From an uncultured virus (IMG/VR IMGVR_UViG_2519103125_000002) (lineage: Duplodnaviria; Heunggongvirae; Uroviricota; Caudoviricetes), in IMG/VR virus record IMGVR_UViG_2519103125_000002, positions 45,744-65,743 of that record: 20,000 nucleotides of DNA. One strand, given 5' to 3'. Made by a program: the position numbers and the translations under genes. The first letter of the stretch is position 1. Each line of letters opens with the position of its first letter. The notes below the pieces were generated by a model. The model saw only the letters and a list, made by a program, of their open reading frames with translations. It did not search any database and was not told the origin of the DNA. Shown one piece after another: positions 6,603 to 16,785 of this stretch.

Positions 6603-8099
6603 TTGGGAGTAAAAATAGCAATATTAATTGGTGTAAGCGAATATAAAAATATTAGTAATTTAGATGCATGCTTATGTGATATTGAGGTAATGCATGAACT
6701 ACTTAAGCAAACAAATGAATATAGTGAAATTTTATTTATTAACAAGAATTTGAATAGTAATCAAGTAAAAGACCAAGTTGTAGAGTTTGTAAAAAAATAT
6801 GAAAATCCTGAGGAAGAAATCGATCAGGTATTTTTCTATTTTACTGGACATGGTAAGACAAACTCATCTGATGTTCATTTCTTGTTATCAGATTATGAAT
6901 CCACAAAGTTAAAGGCTACTTCTTTACAAAATTCAGAGGTAGATAGTTATTTACGATTGTTAAGTCCTAAATTAGCTGTAAAGGTCATTGACGCATGCTA
7001 TTCAGGTGCTACATATATTAAAGACGATGAACAACTTGTAGAAAAAACTTTAAGGGAATCTGCAAGGAAAAAAGAATTGAGAGACTGTTATTTTATGTTT
7101 TCGTCTCAAAATAATGAACCTTCTCTTGCACAAAGGTTAAGTTATTTTACAGAAAGTTTTGTCCAAGCAGTTCTTGATCAAGATGCTGGAACTACAATTA
7201 GATTTAAGAATATTACAGACAGAATATCTGATACATTTAGTTCAATATATAAAGACGAACAAACTCCTAAGTTTGTTTTTCAAGCTAATCTTACAGAGGA
7301 TTTTTGTTCAGTAACAACTGAGTTAAAAGAACAAGTTGAAAAAAAATTAGAGGATATCGGGGCAGTTACTTCAGAAGCCTTAGTAGAAGAAAAAGAAGAA
7401 TTTTCCTTAATCGAAATGGTTAAAAAAGAAGCAGAAGATTACTGTACAGATTTTTCGGAAATCATAAATGCTGTTGATATAATAGGGGATAAGTTTGAAA
7501 AGTTTACACTACCAAATCACATAGCTGACCTCTATGAGTTATCAGTTAATAAAGGTTGTATAAATAGAGGGATTCCTTTAAGTAATATTGATAAACATAA
7601 AGCTGTACTTAATTTACTTAAAGAAAAACAAAATGATTATTTTGTTAATGTAATATATGAAGAGGAAGAAGAATCTACAAATCCTTATAGCCTTGCTTCA
7701 CTATATCCCTCATTTGGAAGGAAAAAAGAAAAGAAACCTATAGATTTAGAAGTGCTATCTGGGGATATTCCCTTTGATTATATCTCTATTGAAATTAAGG
7801 CGAAGTATCCTAGTCTTAAATCTTATAAATTTTCGTTAATAATTTTCCTGTCACGTATGAATTTCCTGATTATGAATTCTGTTGCGCCATATAAGGAAAT
7901 TGCATGGAATCAATTTGCAACAGAAGAAGAAGAAATGAAATGGGTATACAGGGAAATTAAAATTAAAGACACTCCACATTTGACAATCACTACTGAAAAA
8001 ATCTTAAGTCAGTGTACGAATATCATACTTGATGAACTAGGAACAAAATTTGAAATGCAAGGTAAAGACAAAAATGGTAATTTGATTAAAACACCATAA
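6603..8099 (+). CDS. Caspase-family (peptidase C14) protein with unrecognised C-terminal domain
   Basis: AILIGVSEY N-terminus; intact catalytic dyad FYFTGHG and IDACYSG; S-FT-SFVQA and QTP motifs. Confidence 0.88.
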   Translation: MGVKIAILIGVSEYKNISNLDACLCDIEVMHELLKQTNEYSEILFINKNLNSNQVKDQVVEFVKKYENPEEEIDQVFFYFTGHGKTNSSDVHFLLSDYESTKLKATSLQNSEVDSYLRLLSPKLAVKVIDACYSGATYIKDDEQLVEKTLRESARKKELRDCYFMFSSQNNEPSLAQRLSYFTESFVQAVLDQDAGTTIRFKNITDRISDTFSSIYKDEQTPKFVFQANLTEDFCSVTTELKEQVEKKLEDIGAVTSEALVEEKEEFSLIEMVKKEAEDYCTDFSEIINAVDIIGDKFEKFTLPNHIADLYELSVNKGCINRGIPLSNIDKHKAVLNLLKEKQNDYFVNVIYEEEEESTNPYSLASLYPSFGRKKEKKPIDLEVLSGDIPFDYISIEIKAKYPSLKSYKFSLIIFLSRMNFLIMNSVAPYKEIAWNQFATEEEEMKWVYREIKIKDTPHLTITTEKILSQCTNIILDELGTKFEMQGKDKNGNLIKTP

Positions 8100-8243
8100 T
8101 AAGATTCAGAAAAAGGAAATGTCTATAGCATAATTAATTATGCTTATACAAAAGGAAAATATACATTTTGGACACTCCCTTTCGCTCATAACATATTCAA
8201 TAATTGAATTTCTAAACATATTACAAACTTGTGTATATTACCC

Positions 8244-8281
8244 AAAAAAGAACTTGTAGTAATTTCTACAAGTTCTTTTTT
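8244..8281. terminator. Bidirectional terminator between caspase and KAP NTPase
   Basis: aaaaaagaacttgtag-taattt-ctacaagttctttttt. Confidence 0.8.
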
Positions 8282-8358
8282 CTTTTCTAATTAATAATAA
8301 AAGAGATTTATACTATACGGATTCAAATAGAGTAATTGTCCTATTATTTTCAACTCTA

Positions 8359-10920
8359 TCATATAGATTGACACTGTATCATTCTATCTTCCCACCAATC
8401 AGGGTAAACAATAATTTCTTCTATATCCTTTTCATATAATGTTGTAATAAAATCGCTAAAATCCTTTAAAATTGAGAATGAGTATACCGATACCTCTTCA
8501 GAAGTTACTCCTTTCCAAAGGATTTTTACAAATTCTTCATTCTTTAATACTTCTCTTACTTTTTCGGCATGTATATAAGAAGCATCAACGTTTAAGTGGT
8601 GATTGCATAAATACATATATGTAAGGAAATTCTCTCGGATTACAAGGTCTTCTTTTGCCATTTCTGCAAGATTGTCTAGTTTATTGTATATATCAGATTT
8701 ATGGAATCGTGAATCTCTGAATAAATAATACTTTTCGAGAGAAAAATCTTTGTCACTCCAAATATTAAGTCCGTTTTTCAAACTAAACTTATCTAGTAAA
8801 TTTCGAATATAAAATGGCTCAATAATTTTAAGTAAATTTATTTTATAGTCATTAAACTGAAGGGACATTTTCTCATCAGGATACCATGGGTCTATAATTT
8901 CTAATAACTTTTCATTGTAATTATCCGCAAGTATTTCAGTTAACTCCTTAATTATTTTCTTTTCTCTATTTCTGTTATCAATATATATATATCTATAAAA
9001 TTCCTCGTATCCATTCATATTAGTATTTATCCAAATCTTTAATTGTTTATAAAGTAAATTAAAGATTTGAACTTGATATTCTGGTATGACTAGAGGTATT
9101 AATTCTTGAATATGATTATCTAAATCTACTAGTTCTTGCTGATAGTTCTTCGCTGTTACATGATATTTAGTTACATGGATTTTACCAAAAAGCTCGTCCC
9201 GATGATTAAAGATATGTTCAATATATTGTGATTTTAAATTTCCATTTATTAAATCGTCAAATTTTGTGTTATCTAAACGCAATCTTTCATAGTTTGATTT
9301 ATATTCCTTCCATGTTAATACACTTGAACTCTCAATAATTCTAAAGTACAGATCAAAATTCTTATCCAATTTATTTATCTGTATTTGTAATCCCATAATA
9401 ATATTTTTAGCTCTTTTCATATCTTTGGATTCCACGGGATATTTATTTAAAATTTCTTTTGCGTCATCCTCTGTAATTAGACTAGCCTTTTTCTTAGAAA
9501 TATAGGAAGGTGAAAACATTCCCCTAACCTCTGAATCCCTTAATATTCCTTTATATACATTTGGAAATTCTAGATTAAGTATTTGGACTAAGTATATAAA
9601 ATTTAAGTTTATTTCATCGCTTTCAAATCGTTGAAGTATAGTTGCAAGTAAGTTCATGTTTTGAAGATACCTTTTTAGGGTTCTTGGATTATTTGGTAAA
9701 TAACTTTTAATATTATTAATAACCTTGGTATCAATTTGATTTTTGGGTTTATTCAATTCTTTTTGTAATAAATCCATTCTTCCTTCCACTGATGGTTCAT
9801 CAATTGTTATATGGTAATTTATAATTTTTTCTAAGAATAAGTTCCCACTTGTTAAATTCATTTCTTTAGTAATTATTTTACTAACTGTCTCATCATCTAT
9901 TGCGAGAACGTAAGAAATTTTATCAATATTAATAATTTCTTTCACTGTTTTTAATATAGTTAAAATTCTCTTAGCATCATCCAAACGGTCTAAATCATCA
10001 ATAAATACAATAATTTTTGCGTTTTGGGGTAAATTTATATTTAAGTAATTATTAATGGCTGCCTTAATTTCATTCTCTATAGGTGTTCCGGCATTTTTTA
10101 TAAGTTCATCAATTAGCTTTCCAATTGGCAATTTAGAGGTTGAATGTTGAAAAATTCTCAATGAAAATGCTTTGATTGACCTAAATATAGGAAAATTAAG
10201 GACCCCCTTATCGTGCATAATTAATTCTTGTTCTATAGCCTCTCGAAAGCCAATCCATAACTCCTTGTCGCTGTGGTATGTCCATGGATTAAACCAGCAC
10301 ACAATAAAATTCTCTTTCTTTTGTAATGATTCCTTAACTAAGTTCATTAGAGACGTCTTACCAGATCCCCACCTACCGTAAACACCTATCTTTAGGCTTT
10401 CATCTTGATGCTTTTCTAGCATTTCAGCTATCCTTTCTGCTGTATTAATTCTTCCTAATGCATCCTCTGATGATGAATATATAGACTCGTCTGAATTATT
10501 ATTGGTAGATTTAAGTTCCTTTATCTTGCATTTCATTCCTCTTTTATATAAATAATAACTACTTACTAATAAAGATAAAAAAATGAGTTGAAGTGTAATA
10601 GTGTCATTTTTCCATATGAAAAGAAGACAGCAAATTACGATGCATACAAAACTAAGAATATATAAAACTTGATATCTCTTCATTGCTTTAACGTAAAAAA
10701 AGATTTTAACTAATGAAAAGAATATTATTCCTAAAGTAATGAGCAATACAGTATTGAATAAATGCAGATCAGATGCTTTAGCAACGAATTTTTCTATCAT
10801 TACATTTATTTTATATGGTATTTTATGAGGTATTTCATAAATTCCTGAACCAATCAATAGCACAGCTAATATTTTAAATACAGAATCAACATAAAACCTT
10901 TTTTTATTCACTTTTTTCAC
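8359..10920 (-). CDS. KAP-family P-loop NTPase with N-terminal transmembrane helices
   Basis: About 4 hydrophobic segments; DALGR, Walker A GRWGSGKTS, WFNPW, Walker B VFIDDLDRL, FLEKII, NPRTLKRY. Confidence 0.9.
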   Translation of the reverse strand: MKKVNKKRFYVDSVFKILAVLLIGSGIYEIPHKIPYKINVMIEKFVAKASDLHLFNTVLLITLGIIFFSLVKIFFYVKAMKRYQVLYILSFVCIVICCLLFIWKNDTITLQLIFLSLLVSSYYLYKRGMKCKIKELKSTNNNSDESIYSSSEDALGRINTAERIAEMLEKHQDESLKIGVYGRWGSGKTSLMNLVKESLQKKENFIVCWFNPWTYHSDKELWIGFREAIEQELIMHDKGVLNFPIFRSIKAFSLRIFQHSTSKLPIGKLIDELIKNAGTPIENEIKAAINNYLNINLPQNAKIIVFIDDLDRLDDAKRILTILKTVKEIINIDKISYVLAIDDETVSKIITKEMNLTSGNLFLEKIINYHITIDEPSVEGRMDLLQKELNKPKNQIDTKVINNIKSYLPNNPRTLKRYLQNMNLLATILQRFESDEINLNFIYLVQILNLEFPNVYKGILRDSEVRGMFSPSYISKKKASLITEDDAKEILNKYPVESKDMKRAKNIIMGLQIQINKLDKNFDLYFRIIESSSVLTWKEYKSNYERLRLDNTKFDDLINGNLKSQYIEHIFNHRDELFGKIHVTKYHVTAKNYQQELVDLDNHIQELIPLVIPEYQVQIFNLLYKQLKIWINTNMNGYEEFYRYIYIDNRNREKKIIKELTEILADNYNEKLLEIIDPWYPDEKMSLQFNDYKINLLKIIEPFYIRNLLDKFSLKNGLNIWSDKDFSLEKYYLFRDSRFHKSDIYNKLDNLAEMAKEDLVIRENFLTYMYLCNHHLNVDASYIHAEKVREVLKNEEFVKILWKGVTSEEVSVYSFSILKDFSDFITTLYEKDIEEIIVYPDWWEDRMIQCQSI

Positions 10921-11096
10921 CGACCCAATTTATATATTTTAATTTATAAATCCCATATTTGAGCATACCACTATTTTTATACTTAACAAGCATGTGAATA
11001 TTTTTAAGAAGATTCAAACAAAATTTAAAATCTACACTGATATCAGATTATACAGCAGTATAGCAAATGCATTGAGGTGACAAAATGAATTCCATT

Positions 11097-11118
11097 GAGA
11101 GCCTCGGCTCTCTTTTTT
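11097..11118 (+). terminator. Repeated terminator family A, copy 1
   Basis: gagagc-ctcg-gctctc + T6; other copies at 13867, 15388, 19026, 19613. Confidence 0.75.
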
Positions 11119-11125
11119 ATTTTCA

Positions 11126-11169
11126 TTCGACAAAATATGACAATATACAAATAACTTGTTTGCTACCAT
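11126..11169 (+). promoter_or_regulatory. Repeated cassette promoter, copy 1 (tandem 0A-like boxes + extended -10)
   Basis: TTCGACA-aaa-TATGACA-21 bp-TACCAT, with TGn before the -10. Confidence 0.7.
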
Positions 11170-11208
11170 GAGATGAGAAATCTTACATTTTGGAGGCCGC
11201 TAATAATA

Positions 11209-12282
11209 ATGAGTAATAAAAACAAAGGGAAAAAACCAACCGAGTCACAACTTGCAAAAAAAGCGATAGCAAGTAAATATCAAACTTCGCCTATTATCGT
11301 AGAAACTAAGTTCAGTTCAACTGATCGTGGCTATGCTGCCATAGATAAAGATCATATTCAATTATTTAAGTACAACAAAGAAACACAAAATGTTTCTAGT
11401 GTTGGCACATATAATTTCAATGAATACGACACTGTTACTATTGATAAATTCGCCGTGAAAGCGGTTATGGAATTTAAAGGAATGAATAAAACATTCGTAT
11501 TTACACCAACACAGCAAACTAATGATATTGAACGCTTAATCCAAACAAATACTTCAATTCAAATCAATAAAGTGGAGCGTAAATTACATAACAAGATACT
11601 CGGTTTCCGATCTAATACTAAATGGAAAATGGTTGTAGCTAGTGCTGTTTACCTATTTATTGTTATTGCTGCAATTAGTGGTTTCATGGATAAAAAAGAG
11701 AATAAAGTTGCTTCTAGCACCCCAAAACAAGAGGCCAAGATAGAAAGTCAATCTGATACGAAAAAAGAAACTAATTCTAAGCCTCAAGATACAGTTTTAA
11801 AAATGGACGATGGCCGTAATGTTAACATGGAGATTTACAACAAGTACGGTGTTAAATATCAGTCTCATGAGCCAACTACAAAGGATAAGGATGCAATGGA
11901 GCATTTTGAAAAAATGGCTGAGAAATATAACATGTCTGTTCCTGAGTACATTTCCAAAGAAGATGAAATTGTAGCTGCTAATGTTCAAAGGAAAAAAGAA
12001 GAAAAACAAAAAGCTGACGAAGAAAACAAACAACGTGCTGGATCTAGTAGACCAGGTTTAACAAAAGTGAAATTCGAAAACATTCAAAACGGTATGACAT
12101 ATGAACAAGTAAAAGAAATTATAGGTACCGATGGAGAATTAATATCTGAAGGTGGAGAGAAAGGAACTGAATTCTACACAGTTATGTATATGTGGGAAGG
12201 TGTAGGCTCACCGGGCGCTAATGCTAACTTTATGTTCCAAGGTGGAAAACTAAATAGTAAAGCACAATTTGGATTGAAATAA
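11209..12282 (+). CDS. Membrane-anchored protein with C-terminal DUF3862/BLIP-like domain
   Basis: Start MSNKNKG after GGAGG; central TM helix; FENIQNGMTYEQVKEIIG...W...ANFMFQGGKLNSKAQFGL. Confidence 0.75.
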   Translation: MSNKNKGKKPTESQLAKKAIASKYQTSPIIVETKFSSTDRGYAAIDKDHIQLFKYNKETQNVSSVGTYNFNEYDTVTIDKFAVKAVMEFKGMNKTFVFTPTQQTNDIERLIQTNTSIQINKVERKLHNKILGFRSNTKWKMVVASAVYLFIVIAAISGFMDKKENKVASSTPKQEAKIESQSDTKKETNSKPQDTVLKMDDGRNVNMEIYNKYGVKYQSHEPTTKDKDAMEHFEKMAEKYNMSVPEYISKEDEIVAANVQRKKEEKQKADEENKQRAGSSRPGLTKVKFENIQNGMTYEQVKEIIGTDGELISEGGEKGTEFYTVMYMWEGVGSPGANANFMFQGGKLNSKAQFGLK

Positions 12283-12286
12283 AAAT

Positions 12287-12306
12287 GCACTCGAAAGAGT
12301 GCTTTT
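12287..12306 (+). terminator. Repeated terminator family C, copy 1
   Basis: gcactc-gaaa-gagtgc + T4; identical at 17136, variant at 16115. Confidence 0.75.
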
Positions 12307-12340
12307 AATTATGAATTCATACGCAAAAGGGGAGTAAACA

Positions 12341-13156
12341 GTGAAATTAACTTTATTTACAATATCTAACGAACAAATTAAAGAACAATTGAGCAAATTA
12401 CAAACGAAGGTTGAGTCTTTGGAGACTGTAAAAGATGTACAAGATAAGATTATCTCCACTAAAGACAGTCAAATTACATTCCTACAAGGGGAGATTTCTA
12501 ATATAACTAGTTGGGTTACTTGGGGAGCCGCAGCCGTTATCACTCTCGCATCTGCGGCATTCATTTATATTAAGTTTTTAGAGCGTAAAGCTAAAAAGAA
12601 AATTGAAGAAGCGGAAAACACATTACAATTAGTTACTGAAAAGTTGGCAGAAGTTGAAAATTCAAGGCAACAAACCGAAAGTAACTTAACTGAATCAGAT
12701 TCAAGAATAGAACAACTAGACATATTAATCGAAAAATCCAATAATATAGCAACTATTGCTCAAGAAAAGATTGATAAATTAGAAGAAAAACACAAAGATC
12801 TATATGATTTAACGACTGCTACAACCATAAACCAAAAAATTGATATGTCAATTAAAGAAATAGATATGTATTTAGATTTTTCTAAGAATATTATTGATAG
12901 AATTTATACCTATCATGAAAAAACAATTAAAATATCACAAAAACAAATGGAGAAATTAACTTATTTAAACAGCCAACATACATCATTTTTAAATGCTTAT
13001 CGAAGATTATTTTCAATTTTTAGTGCTGATATAGCTGAAGGACGAAAAATCAATACTGATGATATGACTGAAGGTACTAACCACCTGAAAATGAACAGTA
13101 TAAATTTATATAAAGAGTGCATAGAACTTGATGATAAGTTAGGATTACTATCCTGA
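12341..13156 (+). CDS. Single-pass membrane coiled-coil protein, unknown function
   Basis: GGGGAG RBS + GTG; TM segment WVTWGAAAVITLASAAFIYI; heptad-like E/K/L-rich stretches. Confidence 0.75.
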   Translation: MKLTLFTISNEQIKEQLSKLQTKVESLETVKDVQDKIISTKDSQITFLQGEISNITSWVTWGAAAVITLASAAFIYIKFLERKAKKKIEEAENTLQLVTEKLAEVENSRQQTESNLTESDSRIEQLDILIEKSNNIATIAQEKIDKLEEKHKDLYDLTTATTINQKIDMSIKEIDMYLDFSKNIIDRIYTYHEKTIKISQKQMEKLTYLNSQHTSFLNAYRRLFSIFSADIAEGRKINTDDMTEGTNHLKMNSINLYKECIELDDKLGLLS

Positions 13157-13210
13157 CAACATAAATTATCAGATTCATATTTGTATTTTTTAATAAGCAC
13201 TACATACAAA

Positions 13211-13298
13211 CATGTAATAATTGTGTTCGATGGGAGTCCAAGACATAGTATTAAAATTAAGATGGTTCAAGTCGGAAGGCACCTTTGGGTGTCTTTTT
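13211..13298 (+). repeat. Intergenic element B, copy 1
   Basis: ...gtccaagacatagtattaaaattaagatggttcaagtcggaaggcacctttgggtgtcttttt; homologous to 17984-18078 and 18865-18916. Confidence 0.85.
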
Positions 13299-13306
13299 CC
13301 TTACCT

Positions 13307-13350
13307 TTCGACAGAATATGACAAATTAAGAAGGTGTAATTTGCTATTAT
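13307..13350 (+). promoter_or_regulatory. Repeated cassette promoter, copy 2
   Basis: TTCGACA-gaa-TATGACA-21 bp-TATTAT, with TGn. Confidence 0.7.
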
Positions 13351-13392
13351 CATCTTATTATCAATATAAACTGTTATAAAAAGGAGATATAC

Positions 13393-13863
13393 ATGCTAGA
13401 ATTTAAAGGGCAACTAAGTACACTAGTAGTCACACCAACTAAAATTACTATTAAATACTCTCGTTTGATCGGCAGGGGATCTAAAGAAATCCAAATCAAA
13501 AGTCTTACGGGTATACAATTCAAACCACCAGGCTTCCTTTCACATGGTTATATTCAATTCGTTTTCCCTGGAAGCTCTGAAGTAAAAACTAAATCCACCT
13601 CTGACTTGGCAAAAGATGAAAATACTGTCATGTTTAATAAACACGAATATAACAATTTCTTAAAAGCAAAAGATTTAATAGAAGGGTACATGAACGAACA
13701 AGAAAAAAATACTTTCGCTTCTAATGACCATTCTTCTACAACAAATCCTGTAAATACCTATTCTGTCGCTGACGAAATCACTAAACTAGCTGCATTGAAA
13801 GATCAAGGGATTCTAACAGAAGAAGAGTTTACAGCAAAAAAGAAACAACTATTAGGAATATAA
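13393..13863 (+). CDS. DUF4429-like + SHOCT domain protein
   Basis: KEIQIKSLTGIQFKPPG...GYIQF...DENTVMF; C-terminal ADEITKLAALKDQGILTEEEFTAKKKQLL (SHOCT). Confidence 0.85.
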   Translation: MLEFKGQLSTLVVTPTKITIKYSRLIGRGSKEIQIKSLTGIQFKPPGFLSHGYIQFVFPGSSEVKTKSTSDLAKDENTVMFNKHEYNNFLKAKDLIEGYMNEQEKNTFASNDHSSTTNPVNTYSVADEITKLAALKDQGILTEEEFTAKKKQLLGI

Positions 13864-13866
13864 TAA

Positions 13867-13889
13867 GGGGGCTTCGGCTCTCTTTTTTT
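13867..13889 (+). terminator. Repeated terminator family A, copy 2
   Basis: gggggc-ttcg-gctctc + T7. Confidence 0.8.
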
Positions 13890-13969
13890 ATTTATGATAT
13901 TTCACCTCTAATATCTTTAAATTAATTTAAAGTGATATAATGATTATAATTACTTATAGGAGGTATATT

Positions 13970-15343
13970 ATGAAAAAGAAATTTATGCTAATGATGCTTC
14001 TGTTTATATTGATGGTAGGATTACATCCTACTTCAATGACAAAAGCAGAAACTACAAGTGTACAAGGTGAACAATTTGAACAGGGGAAGTATGATTTAAA
14101 AGCTGAATCTCCATTTGGATATAACTGGAATAAAAACTCATCTCATGCGGGAACAGAAACAGGTGAGGTGAAATGGGAATACAAGCTTTATAAAAAGGAT
14201 GGTGGTAATCAATTTTTCAGTGCTCCACCAGCAGTTGGAAGAGATGGGACGATTTACGTCGGAAACTCCAATGAGAAATTGTATGCATTCAATCCTAACG
14301 GTTCCATTAAATGGATTAAAGATGATGTAGCTTATATGTATTGTACACCAGTTATAGCGGAAGATGGAACTATTTATGTTGTAAACAAAAAACTAACAGC
14401 TCTAAATCCCGATGGTTCCATTAAATGGGAAGATAAAAATGCAAATGCTTTCAGCACACCTATTATAGATAGTGAAGGTACAGTTTATATACATAATTCA
14501 AAATCAATAACTGCTTATAATTCGGATGGATCAAAGAAATGGGAATCAAGTCAGATGTTCGAAGGAGCTAATAGTGGTAAGAATACTATAGTCATGTCGA
14601 AAGATGGAACTATTTACACCTTACTTTCAAGTGGCGAAAATTATTTTATCTATGCCCATAATAAGAATGGTAAAGAGTTATGGAAAAAACAGATTAGAGG
14701 AGGGTGGGGGCACCCAGGTTTTTCTTTAGGATTAGATAATGAATTATATATAAGTGCTGGCTCTGTTATCTTTGTTTTTGATAAAGATGGAAACCTAATA
14801 AAAGAGTGGAAGCCAGGGGCACAAGCTGCTGTTACAATCTCTTCCAAGGATGGAGCAATTTATACGACTGGAGGTGGCACGGTAGCTGCTTATAATCGAG
14901 ACTACACACTAAGGTGGAAATTCTTACCGGATGAAGGTGGGTTGAACTCACCGATAATAGATAAAAATGGTGTAGTTTATGTTAATTCAAAAAAAACAGT
15001 ATACGCAGTAAATCCAGATGGAACGCTAAAATGGAAGATGCCGTTTTCATCATTTGATCCTGGTGCTCCAAATGATGCTATAACCATTGGTAGCGATGGA
15101 ACTTTATACATGCTGGGATATGTTCCAGAACTAACTTACTTTGGTCCTGACAAAACGTATTTTTCAGTAGTAGCTATTGGCGACTCTTATACAGACACTG
15201 TATGTACCAAAGATAGTACATACATGCAAGTACTTAAATCACTTGAAGCAAAGAGTAAGACTGCTAAGTTAACAGATGAAGAGAAGAAAGAAGCACGTGA
15301 TATTTTGAAGAAATTATCGGCTGATCTTGATAAAACAGAGTAG
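13970..15343 (+). CDS. Secreted PQQ-like beta-propeller repeat (cell-surface) protein
   Basis: Signal peptide from MKKKFML after AGGAGG; repeated P-hydrophobic-xxDGTIY...A-h-NPDGSIKW blades. Confidence 0.85.
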   Translation: MKKKFMLMMLLFILMVGLHPTSMTKAETTSVQGEQFEQGKYDLKAESPFGYNWNKNSSHAGTETGEVKWEYKLYKKDGGNQFFSAPPAVGRDGTIYVGNSNEKLYAFNPNGSIKWIKDDVAYMYCTPVIAEDGTIYVVNKKLTALNPDGSIKWEDKNANAFSTPIIDSEGTVYIHNSKSITAYNSDGSKKWESSQMFEGANSGKNTIVMSKDGTIYTLLSSGENYFIYAHNKNGKELWKKQIRGGWGHPGFSLGLDNELYISAGSVIFVFDKDGNLIKEWKPGAQAAVTISSKDGAIYTTGGGTVAAYNRDYTLRWKFLPDEGGLNSPIIDKNGVVYVNSKKTVYAVNPDGTLKWKMPFSSFDPGAPNDAITIGSDGTLYMLGYVPELTYFGPDKTYFSVVAIGDSYTDTVCTKDSTYMQVLKSLEAKSKTAKLTDEEKKEARDILKKLSADLDKTE

Positions 15344-15387
15344 TAAACTTGGGCGGATCATTACAGATATAGTAACTTTTGATGGAA

Positions 15388-15460
15388 GAGGGCTTCGGCT
15401 CTCTTTTTTATTTTCCTTCGACATAATATGACAATATAATAATGTTTGTTTTGATAAGAT
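15388..15460 (+). promoter_or_regulatory. Terminator A copy 3 fused to cassette promoter copy 3
   Basis: gagggcttcggctctc-T6, then TTCGACA(15417)-taa-TATGACA-21 bp-TAAGAT with TGn. Confidence 0.75.
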
Positions 15461-15504
15461 TGTCCAGAAATATTATATTTTATATATCTTGGAGGAATTA
15501 AATT

Positions 15505-16104
15505 ATGAGTAAAAAATTATTAATGGCTTTAGCATGCAGCGTGTTACTTATGGGATTGGCTGCTTGTGGTTCAAATGATAAAGCAAGTACATCAGAAGAA
15601 CCAAAACAAGAAACTAAAAAAGAAGAGGAACAAAAGAAGTTAGATGAGCAAAAACAGGAAGAGGAACAAAAGAAAATAGAAGAACAGAAAAAGGCCGAAG
15701 AACAAAAGCAAGCTGAGGAACAAAAGAAGTTAGAAGAACAGAAAAAGGCTGAAGAGCAAAAGCAAGCTGAGGAACAAAAAAAGGCTGAAGAACAAAAGCG
15801 ATTAGATGAACAACGCAAACAAGAAGAGGCTCAAAGACAACAGGAAGAACAAAAGAAACAACAAGAAGCAGCTCGAGCAAAAGAACAGGAACAACAAAAA
15901 GCTGCAGCTAATACAGCACCTCAGCAACAAGCTGCACCTAAACAAGAGAAAGTTCACTTTGCAAACTGTACAGATGCAAATAATGCTGGTTACTATGATA
16001 TAACTTCAGATAGCCCAGCTTATGCTTCGCATTTAGATCGTGATGGCGATGGTGTAGCTTGTGAACGAAATAAAGGACATAAAAAATCTAGTAAAAAACA
16101 TTAG
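15505..16104 (+). CDS. Lipoprotein with EEQKK repeats and C-terminal Excalibur calcium-binding domain
   Basis: Lipobox LAAC; FANCTDANNAGY...YASHLDRDGDGVACE. Confidence 0.9.
   Translation: MSKKLLMALACSVLLMGLAACGSNDKASTSEEPKQETKKEEEQKKLDEQKQEEEQKKIEEQKKAEEQKQAEEQKKLEEQKKAEEQKQAEEQKKAEEQKRLDEQRKQEEAQRQQEEQKKQQEAARAKEQEQQKAAANTAPQQQAAPKQEKVHFANCTDANNAGYYDITSDSPAYASHLDRDGDGVACERNKGHKKSSKKH
15625..15822 (+). repeat. About 11 imperfect 18-bp coding tandem repeats (EEQKKx)
   Basis: Hexapeptide periodicity EEQKKL/DEQKQE/EEQKKI/EEQKKA/EEQKQA... Confidence 0.8.
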
Positions 16105-16114
16105 ATTTATAGAT

Positions 16115-16191
16115 AAGCACTCTTATGAGTGCTTTTTTATTTTTCGTTCGACGAAATATGACAAAATAGTTGTAACCGTTTCTGTTATGAT
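16115..16191 (+). promoter_or_regulatory. Terminator C variant fused to cassette promoter copy 4
   Basis: aagcactc-ttat-gagtgctt-T, then TTCGACG(16147)-aaa-TATGACA-22 bp-TATGAT with TGn. Confidence 0.72.
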
Positions 16192-16233
16192 GGTTTCAGA
16201 AATCTTACATTTTACATAATTGGAGGAAACAAA

Positions 16234-16761
16234 ATGTATAAGAAATTGGGTACAATCGCTATAACTGGGGCACTTGCTTTTAGTTTAGCTGCATGTGGTG
16301 AAACTGAAGAAACTGCAAAAAAGGTATCAAATGATACTAAAACTGAACAACCAGCTGAAAAGAAAGAAGAGAAGAAAGAATTTAAAATTGGTGAAATGAT
16401 TCAACTTGGAGACCACAAGTTAACTGTCACAAATATTGAAAAGTCTCAAGGTGGAGAATTTGATAAACCTAAAGAGGGACATGAATTTTTAATCGCTAAG
16501 GTAACTATAGAAAATAGTGGGAAGGAAGAAATAAGTTATAATCCTTTCGATTTTAGCTTACAAAACAGTGAAGGGAATATTGTAGATCAAGCATTTACTA
16601 CAGTTAACCAAGATACTGTGTTGAATTCCGGGAAACTTGCACCAAACGGCAAAATTTCTGGAACTATCGCTTTCGAATCAAAGCAAGGAGATCCTAAGCT
16701 TCAATTAATCTTCAAACCAAATTTCTTATCTAAAAAAGAAATTCGAGTAAATCTTCAATAA
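16234..16761 (+). CDS. DUF4352-family lipoprotein
   Basis: Lipobox LAAC; KPKEGHEFLIAKVTIENSG...YNPFDF...LNSGKLAPNGKISGTIAFE. Confidence 0.85.
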   Translation: MYKKLGTIAITGALAFSLAACGETEETAKKVSNDTKTEQPAEKKEEKKEFKIGEMIQLGDHKLTVTNIEKSQGGEFDKPKEGHEFLIAKVTIENSGKEEISYNPFDFSLQNSEGNIVDQAFTTVNQDTVLNSGKLAPNGKISGTIAFESKQGDPKLQLIFKPNFLSKKEIRVNLQ

Positions 16762-16785
16762 CAAATTAGAAATGGAGTTATCACT

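Noticed and set aside
15498..16003. ORFs 15498..15818(-), 15614..15880(-) and 15806..16003(+)
   Set aside because: Shadow frames produced by the low-complexity EEQKK repeat.
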